Source: Lama guanicoe
Lineage: Eukaryota
DNA: 64,000 nt
Assembly (NCBI GenBank): GCA_013239625.1
Contig: MU054925.1
Coordinates: 1,000,829-1,064,828 of the forward strand
Reading direction: 5' to 3'
Shown: positions 11,501-23,500 of the stretch, one piece after another
Layout of the letters: each line of letters starts with the position of its first letter
How positions within the stretch are numbered: the first letter of the stretch is position 1
Notes under the pieces: generated by a model
Databases searched by the model: none
Seen by the model: the letters and a program-made list of their open reading frames with translations, nothing else
What the model was told of the DNA's origin: nothing
Position numbers and translations under genes: made by a program

Positions 11501-14500
11501 GAGCATACAGTGGAGGAAGCAGGAAAACTAGATCCCTTTTCCCTTTGAAATTTCCTCTGAAAAAATAACCAAAGTGCTGTTTAGTGAGTCATTTCATAAT
11601 TAAGAGTTGTTGATTCCAAATTTCTTACCTATTTATCTTTTTGAAGGATAATAGTACCCTTTGGCTTAATTTTTAATTGGCTTTTGGTTCAAAATAGAGT
11701 TTGTGAAGAAATTAGTGGAATTAGAATTGTTACAGTAACATTGCCAGTTTCTTATCTTATTATAATTGCCAAAATTCCAGCCATGGTCTTGAGAAGACAG
11801 GCCGCCTTGGGCAAAGGGCCTGGCCCCTGTGATATGTGGGTCGGGCTGGGCTTATTTGGGGCGAGGGCAGTAGCCAAGGCATCAGGAGAGAGGCCAGCTG
11901 CGGCTTCGCTCTAGACCTGCCTCAGTCTGCCTCTGGAGGTAGTGATCTCAGGGGGCCTGGTTTCCTCCCATGTGGACTGCGGGCCCTAGTACTCCTGCTT
12001 AGCTTTCTGTGAGAACCAGGTGAGATGCTGTACCTCAGATCCTTGTGCAAAGTCTAACACATAGTCAGCCCTCGAGTCAGGCAATTGGCACCAGAGTGCC
12101 CTAAAAGAGAGTCTCTGTACAGGGAAGAAAGAGTCCCCACCAGCCCCGACTATCTGGGTATGAATTGACCTTGTGGCCAGTGCAAGATCCTGGTCTCATG
12201 AGGGCCGGCCCACAGGGTATGAACACATTTGGTACTGGAGCATGAAGAGAGCGCAGCCCAAACATAAAAGTATATGTTGGGCATATCAGAGAGGATTCCT
12301 CTTGTTGGAGGCAGAGACCCAGAAGGGAGGAGCCTAAGCCTGACCCGGGACAGGAAGGGTAGGGTCACAGAGTCAGAAGAGGAACAGCAGTACCTGTGAT
12401 GGCCATCCCTGTGGTCCAGGGTGCCAGGCTTAGGCTTTTTACATCTGAGCATCCTTTTCACCCTCAGCAGTGTGGCTAGGGAGATGTTGGGCTAGGCAGC
12501 CAGCCTGGTGTCACCGTAACCAGACTGACACCTCGGCCACCTCCACATGCAGAATGCCTATGTTCTGCAGGGTCATTGGGGCAGCAAATGGCAGACAGTG
12601 CAGGGAGGATGCCCAGCTTCCAGTGGAGCCTCTCTGGGTTCTCTTGGCTCACAAGGCACGGCAGCCAGTGGGGTCCCAGAAGGTGGCAGGTCTCACCTGC
12701 CTGTGGGGCGCCCCACCAACTCTCTCAGACAACTCCATTCCCCTATCTCATCCTAGGTGGCAGGTCTCACCTGCCTGTGGGGCGCCCCACCAACTCTCTC
12801 AGACAACTCCATTCCCCTATCTCATCCTAGGTGGCAGGTCTCACCTGCCTGTGGGGCGCCCCACCAACTCTCTCAGACAACTCCATTCCCCTATCTCATC
12901 CTAGGTGGCAGGTCTCACCTGCCTGTGGGGCGCCCCACCAACTCTCTCAGACAACTCCATTCCCCTATCTCATCCTAGGTGGCAGGTCTCACCTGCCTGT
13001 GGGGCGCCCCACCAACTCTCTCAGACAACTCCATTCCCCTATCTCATCCTGAACCCACCTACCTCCATCTGATGGTCTGCGTACCTGCACCTCTTACCGT
13101 GATTAGGCAGTGATTGCCCTTGGGGGATTCCTACCTTCCTGCCCTCAGAAAGGAACTGGACAGAGAAAAGCGAGACAGAAGTGGTCATCAGAGCCTCCCA
13201 TGGTCCATCCCCAGGTCCCAGCTCATTCCCCGCCCACTTGCCAAAGGGGATAGGAAGAGGGGCACACTAGCAGCAGCTCCCCAGGGGCTGGGGCTGGGTG
13301 AGGAAGACTATGAGAGAGAATGTGCAAGTGAATGAATGAATGAGGGAGTCAATACTAAAAGGGGAGAAGGAATAATGAACACGGAATGAATGAGCAGGGG
13401 TGGGGTGGGGGTATGAAGTGGGGGGCAGAACAGCGTGAAAAAAGGAGTCAAGGTCTCAGGCTGCAGCTGCATTCCAGCATCCAGGCTTAGAGAGTCTGCA
13501 GGCCTGCCACCCATGCCATCCCCATCCTCCAGAAGACTTGGGACTCAGCCTGGTCTCTCCGCTCTACCTCTAACGGCCTCAGTGCCCTGGACCCTTCTCC
13601 CCCAACCCCCAGAGGGCTGGGGAAGGGCCTCCAGCAGCCAGGTCAGGTGTTTATTTTTAGCTCTTACCTCACATGCCTCCTCCTGCCCTCCCTCCCTCCC
13701 TTGCTCCCTGCTATAGCAGAGCTGGGAACAAGAGGGCCGACAATTTGGCAGCCCTTTCTGCAGCCTGGCTGCCTCTGTGAGTAAGCGTGGGAAGGAACAA
13801 AGCCCTGGGGAGCATGTGACATGCTCTGCTGAGGGCTGGGCCTCTGGGCTCAGGTAGGAAGGCCACTGCAGGGGTTGGGTCTTAGCTCTTGGCATCAGCT
13901 CTGCCGCCTCCATCCAGTCCACCCTTCCAAGGTGCTCTTACTTTGTTTGGACTGTGGCTTTTGGGGTGGGGTCTGCAGGCTAGAGGTGGAGGTCAGAGGT
14001 TTGCCAAGCCACCAAGGTGAGCCAAAGCAGATGACCTCACCTTGAGAGGCCTAACCTGGGATGGCTGTGTACATGGACCCAAGATGGAGTCAGGGCACTG
14101 TTGCCTTGGGCCAGCCCCCTGTCTAGGCCTGGATCCTAACCACATCATGCTGATCCTGGGACTGGGGAAGTGACTGTTTGCTCATTTCCAGAACTCTCTC
14201 TGAGCCTCTGTCTACCCATCCCACCTCTCTAGGATCTTTTCTCCATCTCACAGTCCTCTCTGTCATGGAGGGATTTCCGTTGTGACCCCAGGTGATGCTG
14301 GGGCACATGTGGAGGGGATTCCTGATTCAGCCCATCCAGCACTCTCCCCCAGCTCCTTTAGGACAGACCCTGTCAGGCACCAAGTGAGTCCAAGGTGCAG
14401 CAAGTGGCCAGCACCCATTGCCTCATAGGAGTTTGTAGAGGGATACATAGAGCATGAGATAAGGTCTAAAGGCGTCAGCACGTGTGCTAGGGCCAGGCCC

Positions 14501-17500
14501 TGCAAGGGATAAGATGAGTATGTGCAGGACCTCTGAAGGCTCCTCCTCCATAGCTGAGCCCCTCTGCCCTGTGTATGGATTTGTATGTGCTGGTCTGGGC
14601 AGAGTTGGAGCTCCAGTCTCAGGGAAGCAGTCTCAAGGCCCTGTGTAACAAGCCTGTGGAGCAGACCTATCTCTCAATAAACACCAAGGCCCTGCCACCC
14701 ACCCCACGTGGCCTCTGCTGGGGCCCAGGGCAGAGAAGGTATGTAGCTCTGTGGGTAGGAAACGAGGGCAAAATCATTGATACCATGGTGTCCTGAGGAT
14801 GCCAGGCTGAGGATAGGCATCCTGGAGGTACCATGCTTCCAATGCTCTTCCAGGTAGGCTAGGGTCTGACTGGGGCCCAGGGGCAGCATGTGAGGTAAGG
14901 GTGCTGAGAATGTGGCCCACTTTGGGCTGGTGAGGGCCAAGAGCCACCTCTTTGCCCTGTCCTTGGCTCTTTGACCGTATGGTTCTGTGTCCTCTGGTTC
15001 TCCTAATGTCCCATCTGAGTGGCCAAGCTGCTGGTGGGAACCTGAGTGTCTGGGCACCCAGATGTGCATCAGCAGGAAGGTGGGACCGCCAAGGCTCTGC
15101 ACGCTGGGGCAAGAGCAGGCACAGGTGTGCACTGTCACTTTCACTCCCTACCCAACCCCTTGTGGGCCAGGGCAGGGACTCAAGTCTTGCCAGAGAGGAG
15201 CACTGTCTCTGGAGGAGGCTCCTGGGAGACAGGCTCCTGCCAGCCTCTGACGTGCTACAGAAATCACTTGCTCAGAGCCTGGGATGCTCAGACCGCACCC
15301 CTGTGCAGACATCTGGAGGTGGGGGACTTAGACTTGGTTGGACACATTAAGACCTGTGTCCATCTTAGTCATGGTTGTGTCTCCAGCCCCCAGCACTGAG
15401 CCTGACACAGACAGGGTGATCCTGAAAGTGTTGATGGTCAAGAATTTGATCCCAGCCAAGCTCTGGAGGAACCAGGGCCCCTGGCCTAAGGGCTGGCAGA
15501 CACAATCCCCATCAGAAGAACAGCCCCAAGCCCTGGGAGCAGGAGGAGGCTTCTACTTGGGAGTCTTTGCTGGCCTTAGACAAGGTGACTTGGGCTGGGG
15601 GGGTGCCAGAGGGGATGGCTCAGCCCCATCCCCAACCTCCAATCAGGGCTTCTCCCAGACAGCCTCCCCTGGAGCCTGCAGCCTCCAGGCACAGCCCTTA
15701 CTTCAGGGGGAGGGATGGTGTCTGATGTCTGAGAGCTAGGAGGCTGGGGTGGGGCAGTGCATCCAGGAGGTGCTCCCTGTCTGATGCCATTCCTGGTCTG
15801 CAGGGGCTCTCACCTGGGGGGCCCTACACCTCTCCCAGGAGCTGTTCCCTCCCTGGGGGTGATCTCCAGCTCCCCCTCTTCCCAGATCCTTGTGATACTT
15901 CTGTAGCCTCCCCTCCCCTATGGGTTCTCCTCCTTTTCTGGCCAAGGGAAAAGCTCTCTATGGGGTAAGGAAGGGACCCTTCTTTTGGGTTTGTCATTTT
16001 AACTCTGTATATATGCATCCAAAGGATGGGGAAGTCTGTCATTTGGGGGCAACAGATCTATCAGTCTTTTTCTCCTTGTGCCTTTAGTGTCATGCTTGGG
16101 AAGACTTTCTCCTCCTTCAGGTTATAGAAATAGTCATGGACAGAATCTGAGTACTTCAGTGTCTTTGTGATTTTCATCAAACTCCCTCCTCTCTTGTTGC
16201 CTTACAGAAAACTGAGTGGCTCTGTCTGAACTGCCAAACTAAGCGGCTGCTGGAGGGCAACCTGGGAGAGCCAACCCCTCTGCCGCTGCCCACCTCACCG
16301 CAGCCCCCTGTAGGAGCCCCTCACCGTGCATCTGGAACAGCCCCTCCAAAGCAGAAAGGGGCACAGGGGCTGGGCCAGCCATTAGGTCCCTCGCCTGCCA
16401 AGGCCAGTCCCCTGCCCACCAAGGCCAGTCCCCAGGCCAAGCCCCTCAGGGCTTCTGAACCCAGCAAGACCCCGAGCAGTGCCCAGGAAAAGAAGATAGG
16501 AGTCCCAGCTAAAGCTGAGCCTGTGCTGAAGCCACCTCCAGAGACTACCCTGCCCCCTGGGACTCCTAAAGCAAAGATGGGGGCGCGGAGGGCTGAACCT
16601 GCCACCCCTGTCGTGAAGGCTGTTCCAGAAGCCCCCAAGGGTGGGGAGACAGAGGTCAGTCCCATTCAATTCCCAGAGATCCTATCTTTCAGGCAGGGCA
16701 GTCTAGGGAAGGGCTTAGCTCCCTGGGGGACTGGGATGTAGGCCTGAGGCAGGCTCCTTGGGACCACAAAGGACAGCTTGGACGCCTAGATGAGGCCCTG
16801 GTGGGCCTGGAGCTTGTGAGTTCTAGGCTGATCCTGTGTCTGACACCTTGTTGGTTGCTTTGCTGGGTTTTGCTACTATTAGATGGAGTTAAGTTTCTCT
16901 GAAAACCGAGGGCAGCTTGGGGTTTGACATGGAATCTGCAAATTATCCAAGGCCAGAACAATGGAGTGGGTGGTGCGCCCTAATCCCTGGGGAGGTGGAG
17001 GCATCCTTTCCCAGGGCCCTGGGATTGACGGAGAGGGCCAGGCTCCCTCACGCACTGTCTGCCATGGGGAATCAGTGTCTGCTTCTCACCCTGCTGCAGG
17101 AGCTGCCGGGCAAGACTTACTCTCAGGACCTGTCTCGGAGCCCACAGAGCCTCAGCGACACAGGCTATTCCTCTGATGGTGTCTCCAGCTCCCAGAGCGA
17201 GATCACAGGCGTTGTACAGCAGGAGGTGGAGCAGTTAGACAGTGCAGGGGTGACAGGGCCACGCCCGCCCAGCCCCTCCGAGCTCCACAAGGTGGGGAGC
17301 GGCATGCGGCCTTTGTTGGAGGCCCGGGGCCCGGCCCCCAGTGGTGAGCGGGGCAAGCCACCTGGCAGCAGTGGTGAGGAGCAGAAGCGGCGGCCCCACT
17401 CCTTGTCCATCATGCCTGAGGCCTTCAACTCCGATGAGGAGCTGGAGGATATCCTGGAGGAAGAAGAAGACTCTCTGGAGTGGGGACGCCAGAGGGAACA

Positions 17501-20500
17501 GCGGGACACGGCTGAGTCCTCAGATGACTTTGGCAGCCAGCTGAGGCATGACTACGTGGAGGACAGCAGTGAGGGTGGCCTGTCCCCTCTTCCACCCCAG
17601 CCCCCAGCCCGGGCAGCAGAACTGAGTGATGAGGAATTCATGCGGCGGCAGATACTGGAGATGAGCGCTGAGGAGGACAACCTGGAGGAGGATGATGCTG
17701 CCACCCCTGGGCACAGCCTGGCCAAACATGGTTCCCAGAAGGGTGGCCCCAGGCCCAGGTCTGAGCCAAGCCAAGAACCAGGGGCGCTGCCCAAGAGGCG
17801 CCTGCCCCACAATGCTACCACAGGCTATGAGGAGCTGCTTTCTGAGGAAGGCCCAGCAGAGGCCACGGACGGCACTGGGGCCCTGCAGGGCGGGCTCCGC
17901 CGCTTCAAGACCATCGAGCTCAATAGCACAGGCAGCTATGGCCATGAGCTGGACCTGGGCCAAGGCCCTGACCCTGGCCTGGACCGGGAGCCCGAGCTGG
18001 AGATGGAGAGCCTGACAGGCTCGCCTGAGGACCGCTCCCGCGGGGAGCACTCCTCCACACTGCCGGCCTCCACGCCCAGCTACACGTCTGGCACCTCACC
18101 CACCTCTCTTTCCTCCTTAGAGGAGGACAGTGACAGCAGCCCCAGCCGCCGGCAGCGGCTGGAAGAGGCCAAGCAGCAGCGCAAAGCCCGGCACCGCTCG
18201 CACGGGCCCCTGCTGCCCACCATCGAGGACTCCTCGGAGGAGGAGGAGCTGCGGGAGGAGGAGGAGCTGCTGCGTGAGCAGGAGAAGATGCGGGAGGTGG
18301 AGCAGCAGCGCATCCGCAGCACGGCCCGCAAGACCCGGCGTGACAAGGAGGAACTGCGGGCCCAGCGGCGGCGCGAGCGCTCCAAGACACCCCCCAGCAA
18401 CCTGTCACCCATTGAAGATGCCTCCCCAACGGAGGAGCTGAGGCAGGCGGCTGAGATGGAGGAGTTGCATCGCTCCTCCTGCTCTGAGTACTCGCCCTCA
18501 CCCTCCCTTGACTCGGAGGCTGAAGCCCTGGATGGCGGCCCCACCCGGCTCTACAAGTCGGGCAGTGAGTACAACCTGCCCACCTTCATGTCCCTCTACT
18601 CTCCAACCGAGACACCCCTGGGCAGTGCCCCTACTCCCAGCTCCGGCCGGCCCCTCAAGAGTGCCGAGGAGGCCTACGAGGAGATGATGCGGAAGGCCGA
18701 GCTGCTCCAGCGGCAACAAGGCCAGGCAGCAGAGGGCCGCGGGCCCCATGGTGGCCCTTCGCAGCCCATAGGCTCCCAGGGCCAGGGTTCCTTTGAATAC
18801 CAGGACCCTGTTGACCATGACTATGGCAGGGCTGCTCAGCCTGCCTCGGAGGGCACCCCGGCCAGTCTAGGAACAGCCGTGTACGAGGAGATCCTTCAGA
18901 CGTCCCAGAGCATTGCCCGCATGCATCAGGCCTCCTCACGGGACCTGGCCTTTGCTGAGGACAAGAAGAAGGAGAAGCAGTTCCTGAATGCCGAGAGTGC
19001 GTACATGGACCCCATGAAGCAAAACGGTGGCCCACTCACCCCTGGTACCAGTCCCACCCAGCTCGCTGCCCCTGTGTCCTTCTCCACCTCCGCCTCCTCA
19101 GATAGCAGTGGGGGCCGAATCATTCCCGATGTTCGCGTTACTCAGCACTTTGCAAAGGAACCTCAGGACCCCCTCAAGCTGCACAGCTCTCCTGCCTCCC
19201 CCAGCTCTGCCTCCAAGGAAGTAGGCCTATCTTTTCCCCAGGGCCCTGGGACCCCAGCCTCCACAGCTGCAGCCCCTTGTTCAGCTGGCCTGCCACGAGG
19301 GTACATGACTCCAACCTCCCCAGCAGGCTCTGAGCGCAGCCCTTCGCCTTCTTCCACAGGCCACAGCTATGGACAGGTCCCAACCACTGCAAACTATGGA
19401 TCCCAAACTGAGGAGCTACCCCAGGCCCCCAGTGGCCCTGCTGTCAGTGGACAGGCTGCCAGAGAGAAGGCCCCAAGTGTGAGTGATGGTGAGAGTGGCA
19501 CCCCCCAGGCCTCCCGGGGATATTCCTACTTTGTGGGCTCCAGCCCCCCTCTCTCCCCATCTTCTCCTTCAGAGAGTCCCACATTTTCCCCTGGCAAGCT
19601 GGGCCCAAGGGCTACAGCTGAGTTCTCTACACAGACACCAAGCCCGACCCCTGCCTTGGACATGCCACGGAGCCCTGGGGCCCCCACCCCGACACCCACG
19701 GTGGCTCAGGGCACACAAACACCACACCGACCCAGCACGCCTCGCCTGGTGTGGCAGCAGTCCTCTCAGGAGGCCCCCTTCATGGTCATCACACTAGCGT
19801 CAGATGCCTCCAGCCAGACCAAGATGGTACATGCCAGCGCCTCCACCTCCCCAGTGTGCTCGCCCATTGACACCCCGCCCACCACCCACAGCTATAGCCA
19901 GACAACGCCTCCAAGTGTGTCTCAGCTGCCCCCAGAGCCACCTGGGCCATCTGGCTTCCCGCGGGCAGCCAGTGCTGGTGCGGATGGGCCCCTGGCACTA
20001 TATGGCTGGGGTGCCCTCCCTGCCGAGAACATCTCCCTGTGCCGGATCTCTTCTGTCCCTGGAACGTCTAGGGTCGAGCCAGGCCCCAGGCTGCCTGGCA
20101 CTGCCGTGGTGGACCTTCGCACGGCTGTCAAGCCCACGCCCATCATCCTCACTGACCAGGGCATGGACCTGACCTCTCTTGCTGTGGAAGCGAGGAAGTA
20201 CGGCCTTGCCCTGGATCCAATCCCAGGTCGACAGTCGACCGCTGTGCAGCCTTTGGTTATCAACCTCAACGCCCAGGAGCAGACCCATGCCTTCCTCAGC
20301 ACTGCCACCACCGTGAGCATCACCATGGCCTCATCTGTGCTCATGGCTCAGCAAAAGCAGCCTGTGGTCTATGGAGACCCCTTCCAGAGCCGGCTTGACT
20401 TTGGCCAGGGTGCTGGTAGCCCCGTGTGCCTGGCCCAGGTCAAGCAGGTGGAGCAGGCTGTCCAGACAGCCCCATATCGCGGTGGGCCCCGGGGAAGACC

Positions 20501-23500
20501 CAGGGAGGCCAAGTTTGCCAGGTATAACCTGCCCAACCAGGTGGCACCTCTGGCCAGAAGGGACATTTTGATCACTCAGGTGGGCACTGCCCAGAGTGTT
20601 GGCCTCAAGTCAGGCCCCGTGCCAGAGCCGGGTGCTGAACTCCACCGGGCCACCCCTGCAGAGCTGCGTTCACATGCCCTGCCAAGTGCCAGGAAGCCAC
20701 ATACAGTGGTGGTGCAGATGGGAGAGGGCGCAGCCGGCACTGTGACCACACTGCTCCCAGAGGAGCCGGCAGGTGCCCTGGACCTCACTGGGATGAGGCC
20801 TGAGAGCCAGCTGGCGTGTTGTGACATGGTCTACAAGTTCCCTTTTGGCAGTAGCTGCACAGGCGCCTTCCACCCCGCCCCCAGTGCACCTGAGAAGAGC
20901 GTAGCAGATGTGGCCCCACCTGGCCAAAGCGGTGGGCCCTTCTACAGTCCCCGGGACCCTGAGCCTCCAGAGCCCCCCACCTACCAGGCACAGGTGGTAG
21001 GGGGGCCCGCGCCCCATGAGGAACTGAGGCCTTACCCACCGGGCCTTCCTGGCAGGCTGTACTCCTCCATGTCTGACACCAATTTGGCTGAGGCTGGCCT
21101 CAACTACCATGCCCACAGGATCGGGCAGCTCTTCCAGGTCCCTGGACGAGACTCGGCTGTGGACCTCAGCTCTCTGAAGCATTCTTACAGCCTGGGCTTT
21201 GCAGATGGACGCTACCTTGGGCAGGGCTTGCAGTATGGCTCATTCACAGACCTGCGTCATCCCACAGACCTCTTGACTCACCCACTTCCCATGCGGCGCT
21301 ATAGCTCAGTGTCAAACATTTACTCGGACCATAGGTATGGCTCGCGGGGAGATGCAGCTGGCTTTCAGGAGGCCAGCCTGGCCCAGTACAGTGCCACCAC
21401 AGCCCGTGAGATCAGCCGCATGTGCGCTGCCCTCAACTCTATGGACCAGTATGGAGGGCGGCATGGCAGCGGTGGTGGTGGCCCCGACCTCATGCAGTAT
21501 CAGCCCCAGCCCAGGCCTGGGCTCAGTGCCCCGCAAGGTCTGGCTCCCCTCAGACCTGGTCTCCTTGGGAACCCCACCTTCCCAGAGAGCCACCCCAGTC
21601 CTGGAAACCTGGCCCAGTACAGGCCTACAGCAGGCCAGGGAACAGCAGTCAGACAGCTACTACCATCCACAGCCACTGTGCGTGCAGCCGATGGCATGAT
21701 CTATTCAACTATCAACACTCCGATTGCTGCAACACTGCCCATCACCACCCAGCCTGCCTCAGTACTGCGGCCCATGGTGCGTGGCGGCATGTATAGGCCT
21801 TATGCAGCTGGTGGGGTCACAGCCGTGCCACTCGCCAGCCTGACACGCTTGCCCATGATTGCCCCCCGGGTACCTCTCGGGCCCACAGGGCTGTACCGAT
21901 ATCCTGTACCAAGTAGATTCCCCACTGCTTCCAGCATTCCACCTGCTGAAGGTCCTGTCTACCTGGGGAAGCCTGCTGCTGTCAAGGCCCCAGGGGCCGG
22001 GGGCACACCAAGGCCAGAGCTGCCAGCAGGGGCTGCTCGGGAAGAGCCTCTTTCCACAGCTCCCCCTGCTGCTGTCAAGGAGGCTGTAGCAGCCCCAGCC
22101 CCAGCCCCACTGGCTGGCCAGAAGCCGTCAGTAGATGCTGCTCCTGGGGGCGGCAGTGGGGCCCTCAGCCGGCCAGGGCTTGAGAAGGAGGAAGTGTCAC
22201 AGGAGGAGAGACAGCGGAAGCAGCAGGAACAACTGCTACAGCTGGAGCGGGAGCGGGTGGAGTTGGAAAAGCTGAGGCAGCTGCGGCTGCAGGAGGAGCT
22301 GGAGCGGGAGCGTGTGGAGCTGCAGAGGCACCGCGAGGAAGAGCAGCTGCTGGTGCAGCGGGAGTTGCAGGAGCTGCAGACCATCAAGCACCATGTGCTG
22401 CAGCAGCAGCAGGAGGAACGTCAGGCTCAGTTTGCTCTGCAGCGGGAGCAGCTTGCCCAGCAGCGCCTGCAGCTAGAGCAGATCCAGCAGCTGCAGCAGC
22501 AGCTACAGCAGCAGCTAGAGGAACAGAAGCAGCGGCAGAAGGCCCCCTTCCCTGTGGCCTGTGAGGCACCTGGCCGAGGGCCTCCCCCAGCTGCCACCGA
22601 GATGGCTCAGAATGGCCAGTACTGGCCACCCCTGACCCACGCAGCCTTCATTGCCGTGGCCGGGCCTGAGGGGCCTGGGCAGCCTCGTGAGCCCATGCTG
22701 CACCGAGGTCTCCCCAGCTCTGCCTCGGACATGTCACTGCAGACCGAGGAGCAATGGGAGGCAGGCCGCAGCAGCATGAAGAAGCGGCATTCCATGCCGC
22801 GCCTGCGGGACGCCTGCGAGCCAGAGTCGGGGCCTGAACCCTCTGCGGTCAGGAGGATTGCAGACAGCAGCGTGCAGACGGACGACGAGGATGGGGAGGG
22901 CCGCTACCTCCTGACGCGGCGGCGCCGGGCACGGCGGAGTGCTGACTGCAGCGTGCAGACGGATGATGAGGACAGCGCCGAATGGGAGCAGCCGGTGCGC
23001 CGCCGCAAGTCTCGTCTTTCCCGCCACTCAGACTCAGGCTCCGACAGCAAGCATGATGCTACTGCCTCATCATCCACTGCCGCCCCTGCCGTGAGGGCCA
23101 CAAGCAGCGTGGGCATCCAGACCATCAGTGACTGCTCCGTGCAGACGGAGCCTGACCAGCCGCCCAGAGTCTCTCCAGCCATCCACATCACCGCTGCCAC
23201 TGACCCCAAAGTGGAGATCGTCAGGTACATATCAGCACCAGAGAAGACTGGGCGTGGGGAGAGCCTGGCCTGCCAGACGGAGCCAGACGGGCAGGCCCAG
23301 GGTGTTGCTGGGCCACAGCTTGTCGGGCCAACTGCCATCAGCCCCTACCTGCCTGGCATCCAGATCGTCACCCCAGGGCCCCTGGGCAGATTCGAAAAAA
23401 AGAAGCCAGATCCCTTGGAGATTGGATACCAGGCCCACCTGCCNNNNNNNNNNNNNNNNNNNNNNNNNNNNNNNNNNNNNNNNNNNNNNNNNNNNNNNNN

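Noticed and set aside
12681-13050. CRISPR-like array (palindromic direct repeats)
   Set aside because: Units are contiguous and identical with no unique spacers; mammalian intron, no cas genes
12470-13052. Repetitive ORFs (73-144 aa) over the tandem repeat
   Set aside because: By-products of the 74-bp periodicity; no splice or coding support
16917-17099. N-terminal 61 aa of the 2296-aa ORF as a separate gene start
   Set aside because: Begins at a non-ATG codon in intron 4; the true exon starts after the acceptor at 17099. The same applies to the intronic overhangs of ORFs 7650 and 25882.
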